A stretch of 64,000 bases of DNA, taken from assembly GCA_904063045.1 (NCBI GenBank), contig CAJFCJ010000001.1:744001-808000 (forward strand), in the 5' to 3' direction. Both the position numbers and the translations under genes were made by a program. This stretch comes from Dimorphilus gyrociliatus (lineage: Eukaryota; Animalia; Annelida). The notes beneath the pieces are model-generated. The model was not told the DNA's origin. It worked only from the letters and a program-made list of their open reading frames with translations, and did not search any database. Shown piece after piece: positions 54,692 to 64,000 of the stretch. Each line of letters starts with the position of its first letter. Position 1 is the first letter of the stretch.

Positions 54692-55052
54692 CAAAAAATA
54701 ACTCAACAAAAATTTTTTTCAAAGCCTATGATAACACAAAAAAATACTTGAAGCACGCGAAATGAGAATTTTTCCGAGTTTTTTGACGGCTTTGTATTTG
54801 TAATTTTTTTTTTTTTTTGAATGAGCTGTGTAAGGATTGAGGCGGAAGGCAAAAAGATGAGAATGATATTTTTCATATGGGAAAAAAAATTAAATTACCA
54901 AACCATCCGCTCTATCGTCAATTTAAAAACCACAAAGCGAACAACACTACATATATACTTTTTTTTTTTTGAAAAGAGCTATTAAAAACACAGCTGGAGG
55001 AAGAGTTTTAAAATGACTTTAAAAAAATATCTAATACTCAAAACTAACGTAA

Positions 55053-57078
55053 TTATCTAGAAGTTCTACCATTTGCCATAGGTCTTGTTTTATTCTTTCT
55101 ATTTACACCACTTGAACTAGTACTTCTTGTCTTGGCTGTCGACGGTCTCCACATTTGGGAGGCTATTGGCTTGCGTACCATACCATCTTTGTCCCGTTTG
55201 GTTGGGGTGGTAGGAACTGTGGAATGACTCGAATCCGAGTCAGATTTACTTCTGGTAATGGAAACTAGAACTTCTTTCTTTTTTGGTGCAGCGTCTTCGC
55301 AAGGTGATGTCGAACGCGACGAATGACTCCCATCTGAACTATAGGCGTCCATCTGGGCGAATGGAAGTGTTGAAAAGGCCGTTAAGGCCACTGGTACGGG
55401 TATATGGTAATAGGCTTTAACCCATTCTCTATACTTGACGACATCCTCTGGTATTCGTATAATCCTTCCCAACATACCATTACCCACATTATGACCAGCT
55501 GTTTGGAGTACATGGCCGTTAGATAAAGTAACGTATGCGTACTCAAAGGCATGTTTAACTTGCATAACCCCGTAGGATGATCGTCCTATGTCATTTGTAG
55601 GCTCCAAGGGATCTTCTATGCATAAAATTCCAGAGTTATCTAGAGGTAATTCAGACTTTGGCTTATACGACCCTCTGTCTCTTATAGTTATGGCAGTTTT
55701 AAAATAATTGAAATTTCTTCCATACAATTCGAAGAATTCAATGAGAAGGATTCCTAAATTAGTAGTAGTTATTCTGGAATCGTACCTTGGATTTAATTGT
55801 AAAAAAGAAATAGTCAACAATATCAATGAGTACGATGATATACCACCGCAAAACACCTCGTTCAAATCCCTCTGCAGGAGAAATTGTTTTAGAACAAGAA
55901 CTAAATAGGGTAAATGCGGCATCCGGCACATATAACGTCGAATAAGTTCAGCACTCTTAACTGAATTTTTCATATTAAAACTGATATCGACAGTAACCGA
56001 TGTAAATTTATCGGTAAGCTTTACAATAGGTACTGTAGCCCTTGATAATTCTTTAACGTCATTTTCGTTACAAACTCCGTCCTTAATCAATTGTTCACGA
56101 AGTTGTCGAAGAGGCGGACTTGGCCAATCACCAAAAACTACAAGGTCAATATCACTGGTTGGTAAATAAAGTTCCGTTTTGAAACTACCGAATACTTCGA
56201 CTCGGACGTTCTCGTTCGGAAAGAGGTTATTTACAGATTTCGTTATTCTATCAATAACGTCTTGCCTCATCTTATGTTCGGCACGAGTTGGTCTCATGTA
56301 CATATTAAAGTCGAGGATTTCTTCATGTAACCTGTGTGAAAATAAATAACGACTCCATTAATTAGCTATATAATACATAAACCATTGAATTAGGTCGAAA
56401 TTTTATTATTTTATTGTAGGGGTAATATCACTTTTCCTCAATCCGTAGTAAATGTTGTTTACGTTATACTAGAAAGTACACTTTTACTAGAAAAGAGGCG
56501 TTGGTAAATAAGAAGAAAGGCTATTATTTACAAAAGATTCTCGATATTTATATGTTTATTGATATGTTAAAATGTAGGTTGTTTTTCATTAAACCTCTCT
56601 ATCGTTTCTTTTTAAAAAAAAATTCTTCTCTAATATATAATATTACAAAACTGTAGTTGAGCACTGAATAGAGCAGAAACCTACCATACTGCAATAAATT
56701 AGTTGCGTAAAAAAAAGAGATGATAGATAAAAAAATCAAGACTAATAATTCGTCGTTATATTCAATAGCTAATACGTCCTACACTTACCCTGCCATCCCA
56801 GGCGAGTATTTCTTCTGATGTGGTATCCATGGTGTCATCGGAGATTCACTATCAACCTCCAGATGATGAGCATACGCAGAACGACTCAAACCGTATGTAC
56901 TGGCTATATTATCCCTGCATGGTCGAAATATTTTCTTCTTTCCAACTTGCTCGTCCTCATACGTTTTTAACTTACACTCTTCTTCATTTTGATCACGGCT
57001 GGTTTCAACAACACGCGTCCAGAAATCGCTAGCCGGACCCCGACATTCAGCCGGTAACCAGTCGATTCGTGGATTCAT
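55053..57078 (-). CDS. TENT4: Terminal nucleotidyltransferase 4 (PAPD5/PAPD7, Trf4-like), 2 exons: 56789-57078, 55053-56331
   Basis: Start MNPRIDWLPAECRGPASDFW parallels the PAPD5 MDPRIAWF start; GLHEEI; FGSFKTELYLPTSDIDLVV; VDISFN; GGISSYSL; LCIEDPLEPTNDIGRSSYG. Confidence 0.95.
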
Positions 57079-57160
57079 CACCGTGTTTCTCACGCCTTTA
57101 TTAGCTATTACTGTATAACTTTCCTTCAGACGTTATTATAACGCGTGAAAATTATCTTGT

Positions 57161-57270
57161 TTACGTTGGTTTGCTTTTGCTACGGACAGCGCCGACTACA
57201 ACAGCTACGCCCTCCGAAGCCCGTTTGAGGGAAACTCTCATGGCATGGCTAAATATAGACAGTACGCCAT
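57161..57270 (-). other. Two overlapping candidate upstream ORFs in the TENT4 5' region
   Basis: 57270-57238 MAYCLYLAMP*; 57241-57161 MRVSLKRASEGVAVVVGAVRSKSKPT*. Both end before the main ATG. Whether they are transcribed depends on the unknown TSS. Confidence 0.4.
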
Positions 57271-57345
57271 TTTTCTTTTTGTCAGTTTCATTTACGTCTT
57301 AATTGACCTTGTTTGAAGACACTGCATCAAAACGAATCGATTTTT

Positions 57346-57357
57346 TTTCGCGCCAAA
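57346..57357. promoter_or_regulatory. E2F site TTTCGCGCCAAA upstream of TENT4
   Basis: Classic double-overlapping E2F element, 88 bp from the VPS9D1 stop codon. Confidence 0.5.
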
Positions 57358-57444
57358 ATGTTTAAATGTTAATTTTTGCATTATTATAAAATATCTTGTT
57401 GAAGAAAAACATAATTAATTTTTTATATAAAATTAATGAACAGT

Positions 57445-59814
57445 CTATGTTAATTCTTGATTGAACATATTTGCAACATAACGAACAGCTGTTTGAAGTG
57501 ACGCCAGACAATATCCTTCTTCACCCATTAAATAGCTGTTGAAAAAAAGACAATTGTTAATAATTATAGATTTATTGACAATTACAAGAAAAGTTACTCT
57601 TCATGGGTAAATTGTTCTATAGCCCTACATTCAGTGACTAGCTCTGGTTTGCAGGTTTTTACAACGACGAAACTTAAAATTGGCACCAAATCATCCGCTC
57701 CCCTGAATAATGTTAATTAAATCAACAACTTTTTAAATAATAACCAATTTTCTTGATTAATTTATAAATCATTAACTTACAGAACAGGTAGAGATTCGAG
57801 CTGAGTTTTTTCATAGTGCTCTTGAACACACTCGACAATCTTCCGTGATGAAAGAACTAGCAAGAAAATAGTATAATATAATCAGAAAAAATATACAACG
57901 AGACTAACCGATTGATTCTAGTTTTGCCAGAGGATTATGCAAATCACAACATTTTGCCAATTCGTCGACCGCCTGTTTATAAGTGTTACGATCGTCTGAT
58001 AATCGAAATTTCGGGTTTACTTTTAAATTGATCGGTGATGCATCTGATAATTTTGTCATGGTTTTGGAAATTCCTTCCTCTTCCGCTCTATTTGCTAATC
58101 GAAAGAGCGTTAGTAAGGAATGCCAAATCGGTTTAAAATATATAGGCTCCACGGTAGAGAATATTACGTCGTATCCTTCTTGAGATTTTAAATCATTAAA
58201 TGTGATAATTAACATAGTGACAACTTTTTCTAGACCCTCTCGAGTATCTCTTGATATATCTTTAACATGCCTTTCCAAAGCCTCATCTTCTAAATTGGTA
58301 ACCATTTCAGGATTTTCTACTTCATCTTCGAATAAATCATCCATTTCTTCCCATAGTTCCTCTCCTTTAAATGACTGAGGACTTTTAAGTGACTGGACAC
58401 TGCTGGTTAAAGCTGGCTGAGGATTGTAGTTCGCAAGGTGATGGGCATGGCGTTCGGTTAAAGGCTGAGTCCTATTCAGAATCTTTTGTTGTTGCTTAGT
58501 TAGAAGTATGGTTATTGGATGATCCTCTGTTCTAAAAATCGTAAGAAGGGTAAAAGGTCTCAAAATCTTAATTGAAAATAAGCCTACGATAATATTCTGT
58601 TGATCATTGCCTTCGCAAACAGAAAATCATTTGGCCGGGAGTTTAACTGCTCCCTTAGGATTCCTGGCCACTTCTGTAAGAGATCGAAACATGCAAAATT
58701 AAGAAATATAATTCAAGCAAAATTAAAGACCTTTTTTTGCTCGTATTCTAAAACTTCAATATAGATCATTCTTCTTTCATTCTCGTCCGAGTCTAATCCC
58801 GGTAAGGAAGACATAGATCTGTAGAAATCAAATATATATATGTATATATATTGAATTTGCTACCAAGAGATTTATTTGCTAACGTTGTTGCTTTAGCTTC
58901 AAGTATTTTTCGCTTTTCCGCTAATCTCTTCGAAATCTGTGAATTTTAAATTAAGATAAAAGACAATGAAAAAAGAGAAAGTTTCCTATTTTCACTGACA
59001 GTTTCCTCTCTAGTTTTAGCAATGGCAATATTTTCCGATAATTTTCTTACTAGACTTAAATTCTATAAATGAAAAAATAATAATTATAATATACTGAATA
59101 TACTGTTTGTATCATTATAAATATATATATATATGTATATTATTTGGTATAAACTAACACCGTCAACCCCGCATCTTCTTGATGAATAAGCTTCAATAAT
59201 CTTTTGATTTTGCTTAATTGCCAGATCCATAGGAGTAATTTGCCTATAATAAAACTTAAGGATTGCACTTAAAAATTAGAAACGTTTAATTAATCAAATA
59301 CCCTATGTCTATATTGGATAATGATGTAAGCGACGGACTTGGACTTGCAATTAAAATAGGAGGCTTGCTTGTTGCTGAATAAATATAGGATTAAACAAGA
59401 CTAAGTATCTAATTGATATCAATCTTACAGTAGTGCTGTTTACTGTTCTCAAACATGTCAGCCAAACGATCTGTGCACTGTTTGGCCAACGTTAGACATT
59501 TATGAGTGTTGTAGGACACTGTAGGTATTTATGTTTACAGAGTTAGTAATTAGCTATTTATATAATTTTGTATTTGTACTTATTAGATTTAAAGCATCTT
59601 TCTGAAGTGTTTGCGAGATGAACTGTATACATTTTAGATATTGCCTGTAAGCTTCCTGAAAAGAGGAGAGCGATAATAAATAAATTTTCTGTGAATGTTG
59701 AAAATTTTAATTTAAGTAATATCTTACTATATGACTAGATTCACGGTCAAGTTTTAATGCGGCAGAAACGCCTTTCATAATCAAATTGATATTTTCATCA
59801 ACCTGAGAAGTCAT
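57445..59814 (-). CDS. VPS9D1: VPS9 domain-containing protein 1 (MIT-like N-terminus plus VPS9 Rab GEF), multi-exon
   Basis: N-terminus [29 protein letters not shown]9 domain [37 protein letters not shown]. Stop TAG at 57445-57447. Confidence 0.88.
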
Positions 59815-60261
59815 TTAAGTGCTATTTCGAACATTTATTATTAAGAAGAAAGAATATTGAAAATTGGAACAGAATTCGAGACGTTCTACTTATTTCTCAT
59901 GAGTAAGCTGTATCATGTGACTGAAATGTGCGGGAAACGGATATATTATATGAATTTCGAATTATATTAAATTACAAATTGAACAGTTAAAGCAGGCAAG
60001 AAATAATCTAATTGAATTTTACACTGCATACGATTGAATTAATCTACAAATGATATCACAGTTAACAAAATAATTTTGCCTACTATAGCTTGAATAATAA
60101 TAAAGAAGCGACCAATAGTAGCACCAATCGTTTTATACGTATTATCAACATAATATGTACTCTTAACAAAAAAAAACTCAAAAAAACCTTTGAAAAATGA
60201 AAATTTTTTTGAAACTATAACTTCTAAAAAATAAAAAGGCTCGGCGTATAAAAGAGAACGA

Positions 60262-63200
60262 TTAGGTTAGAGGATTGCGATAAAATGAAGAAGACAGTCT
60301 TATTGGATTTTGAATGAGTTTATAGCCTTTTGATCTCATTACACTTTTTAAATTTTCTTCTTCTGTTTCGTATCGCTGGCGTTCCTCTTCTAGATGTTCT
60401 ACCAATAAAGACCGTTCTTGAACATAATTGACTAATTGCTCTGTTAACTCCTTCTCAGTTGTACAATATTCTTTTGATGATTTATCCTCTGTTGTCAAAG
60501 AAATAACATTTGTGATGACGGATTTTGAAAAAGATTTATACATTACCTGTTCTAAGCATTACTTTTCTTAATTGACCTTCAACCCTCCTCTGCCTATCTT
60601 CCAATTCCAATTCTTTTGCTCTGCAAAATTTTTTGGAATGTCATAATTATTCATACGAATAAAATAACTAGTTGGTGTTTTTATTAAGTTTTAATAAAAG
60701 AATTCTTTTTTCGCATTAAATCAAGATGCATTGATGAATGAATACGTTAAGGCATCTAAAGAGTACTAACTATAACATGAATGATATTTATTATAATCGA
60801 TCTATAAGAGACGAATTATGCAGTAATCTACGCTTAAGTTTAGAACGCATATATCTATATTGAGCTGGAATTATACGATTCGTATGTCGTATTCATTCAT
60901 CCTTGGCATTTGTATGATGCTCTTTACCTCAAAACTAATTCATTTTCGAGCCTTACAAGCTGATTACGTTCGTAAACAATACTAAACCAGTCCTGTAGGA
61001 GCTTCTCGCTTTCGTTAACGTCTGTTAAAAGTCGTTAAAGCCGTTTTTTAAACTATAGTACGTTATGAAGCATATAAAGCAGGGTAAATAAGAATAGCAA
61101 TCAAGATTCTTTAACTAGTAAGCAATTTAAAGCAGGGAAAATTCAAGCGTGTTAAAAGAAATTAGTTTTTTATTGCTGAAAATTGAACAAACCGCAATCC
61201 TTGCTTCTAAGTTTACTTTCTACTTCAACCCCTCTTTTTTCCACATTTCTCTGCATTTCCTCTACTTCCTGCAAAATCATAAAATAGTGTGTCATTTATA
61301 ACAATAATTTAAAGAGATTAATGTGAAACGTGTACTTGTAAATTTCTCTGCAAATGCTGAGCTTCTCTCAGTTGTCTTTGTTCTAATTTCTTCTGCTGTT
61401 TACCCAAATGCTGCTCCATTTTTCGAACTTTTTCTTCTTTTTCAGCAGCTGTCATTTGCTTTTCTTCTTCCTCTTCTTCAGATCCGCACTCTAAGCACTC
61501 CTCGGAAGCAGTCGGTACGTTTGTCAAATTAGATTTCTTTGTTAATCGTTCCAATATTTTTCTGTCAATCATGGGGGGGGAAATGGAAGAAGATGCTGGA
61601 ATCGAATTCAGAATTTCTTCTGTGAGTTTCTTTTGTTCATTTTTAGAGCGTCGCTTGAGTTTTGATAATTTACTTCGTTCAGGTGATATTGTTCGTTCTT
61701 GTTTTGTCCTAGAACTTTCGTCTGAGTTCTTTTTAAATAAACCAAGTAGTGATCGCCGCTTCTGCTTTTCATCAGCTGAGTTGGGTCGGCGAGGAGGTTT
61801 TGGTGGAGGTTTCTCTGGATCGCTTGTATCAATTGGCTGGTCTGAACCATAGCTTGAAGCACTACTAAGAGAGGTATCCAAGCTTTTGTTCTTTGCTGTC
61901 CATGGAAAATTTTTCTTGTCCGGATTTATAGGCACGTCCTTTTCATTCCCATTTACTTCGATGGTAATTTCATGTTTTTCGTGATCTTCACTTCTACTCC
62001 TAAATCCGAATACCGCATTTGGATCAATTCGTATTGGCTCCGGATCTTGTGAGACAAATCTCCTTTTAGCATCTAAATGCCTAATAAGTTTTTCAGATCG
62101 TTTTTCGTCGACAGGGGGATGATGGTGGTGAACGTTTTCGGATGTTTTTTCTGCATTTTCAGCATTATTAATCTTATTATCATTTTCATCGCTTTTCAGA
62201 GAGGCAGAGCTTGCTTTAGATGCGGAGCTATCAGTCCGAAGGATTTCTTCGCTAAAGAACTCTTTAGTGCCACTATCTTCAGACTGGCTTTCTGATCCTC
62301 TTGAAGGACTATCTCTTTTATCATCATTGAGTAGGCGCCCCCTAAGCACAACATCTCTTTCAGTGGCTTTACTATATGCTTTTACTCCACTGGAAAGCTC
62401 TAATTGAGTAATTTGCTTTTGTAAATTCTCTATTCTGGAGCTTTTCTTCACTGGCTTTTTAATGGGATAGTCTTCGCCAAAGCTCTTCATTTGAGATTTG
62501 TAGCTGAATTTTTTTTCTAGCTCAGCAGCTTGAAGCTTAATTCTGTCAGATCCAGACGATGATTCACTTTGACTCCTAAGTAGTAATTTTGGACTTTGAT
62601 CACTCTTTGTCCTATGTAAAAGCTCACGGTTTGACTTTTTATCATCCTTAATTGTCGCCTCTCGAAAGATATTTTTCGGTCTAGTATTGTCTAATAAAAC
62701 CCTAACATTTTCGATGGTAATAGGCCGCCTTTGTGCTTCACGTTTTTGAGGCACGAACTCGGCTCTCTCAACTTTCTTGGATGGTATAAACTTAGTTGCT
62801 TCGTTTTGCTTTATGAACCGTAGTTCTGTTATCTCGACAACCACAGGTTCAACTTTTTCAACAGGATTTTCAAATTCTTTCGCTTGTTTTTTGTCAAATT
62901 CCATTAATTGTTTCTTACAACTATCGCTGCTTAAAAACTTTGGTTCTGTTGTGTGACGTCTTGGGGTTCTGCCCCTAGTTTTAGTAACCTTAGAGTCATC
63001 TATGAGAATCGTTCTCTCTGAGGATGTGCCTTCATCTACAAGAACTGCAACAAGGTCATTTCCATTGTTATTTCTATCTCCGTCTTCGTCTTTTATGTAG
63101 GATGGGGTCATTTTTTTCACGATTGGACTGAATAGGGGAATTTCTGCGGAATCTTCATCTTTTGATGTTATTTCTTGAATAGACAGGCTTTTTGGGAGAA

Positions 63201-64000
63201 TTTTTTCAGATTTTTTCATTATAGCTGAATAATCAACACTTCGAGATCTTGAATTTGCTTTCTTTATATCATTTTCTAGTTGATTCTTTATGGCTTTACT
63301 ATGCCAAGGAGATGGTTTCGATGAGTTTGGAATCTCAACAAACATACGTTTCCCTGGAGTTGAAGGTGTTCTTGCAGGAGTACCAGAATCAAGAGAACTA
63401 AGACTACTGAACTCCGAGAAATTAGCCAAATGACACTTTTTTCTATCAACTGAACTAATAGCAGATTCGTCACCTGAAGAAGGTAGAGGAGATGTTGTTG
63501 AGACCGTTTCTCGAGATCGTGATATATCAGAAGCATCATCCAATGTATTTTCAAACTCATCATTTGAGGAGATTGAATTTCTGATTGTTGTTTCATTTTC
63601 TGCCATATTATCGGATGTACTGTCCAAAGTAACGCCCTTAATTGTTATGGCACTGGAATGCATTTCTTCTGAGTCATTTAGGCTTCCACTGGTTGAGGAA
63701 ATCTTATCTTCAGAGTCCTCGCACGAATTTGATGATAGATTAGGCAATTTAGTGGACTGAGAATTAATTAATAGCTTAATCATATCTGCTTCACTTGTCT
63801 TGTCGGGTGGTGTTCTTGAATCAGTTGAGGAGGATTCTGATCCATTTTGATATGTACTATCTATCAACCTTTCTATTTTTCTTAATTTTTCTACTTCAGA
63901 TGTAGATACTGCATTTTTCTCAACTACTTTCAAGGTATCGTCTAAAGTATTATTTCCCTGATACTCTTCATCCGTATTTTCTTGAAGAAGCAATTCTCTA
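60262..64000 (-). CDS. MICAL: 3' part of a MICAL-family protein: long disordered exon plus bMERB Rab-binding domain (5'-truncated)
   Basis: AQHLQRNLQEVEEMQRNVEKRGVEVE..LLQDWFSIVYERNQL..KELELEDRQRRVE..QERSLLVEHLEEERQR..MRSKGY matches the MICAL3-type C-terminus. The PPKPPR SH3 ligand lies near 61790-61810. The monooxygenase domain is outside the window, so a MICAL-like paralog is not excluded. Confidence 0.8.

Overview
AT-rich, gene-dense eukaryotic (metazoan) DNA with mostly 55-70 bp GT-AG introns and a few long first introns. The style and gene content fit a compact lophotrochozoan genome; an annelid such as Dimorphilus is a guess, not verified. I could assemble 18 protein-coding loci by hand, two of them truncated at the window edges. 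In order: pseudokinase 3' end (+), EZH2 (-), TMEM64 (+), PGAP3 (-), KY/hillarin-like pseudo-transglutaminase (+), B4GALNT-like glycosyltransferase (+), unassigned HAD phosphatase (+), ACAA1 (-), Ly6/uPAR coiled-like (-), SLC7 LAT light chain (-), long coiled-coil protein (-), two tandem CARD + caspase-fold genes (-), E75/Rev-erb (-), TACO1 (+), TENT4/PAPD5 (-), VPS9D1 (-), MICAL 3' end (-). No tRNA, rRNA, CRISPR array or recognisable transposon was seen. The best candidate for an undescribed system is the tandem pair of intact CARD-pseudocaspases. In both, the catalytic Cys is Tyr (as in c-FLIP), QACxG has become LLYPN, the S1 arginines are lost and the linker has no Asp. Their p20-like core is a 414-bp block that is 98% identical with an identical intron, while their CARDs share only about 39% identity. 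The second highlight is a dynein-stalk-like microtubule-binding domain at the C-terminus of the KY-like pseudo-protease. Family calls come from recalled motifs, not database searches, and splice models are manual.
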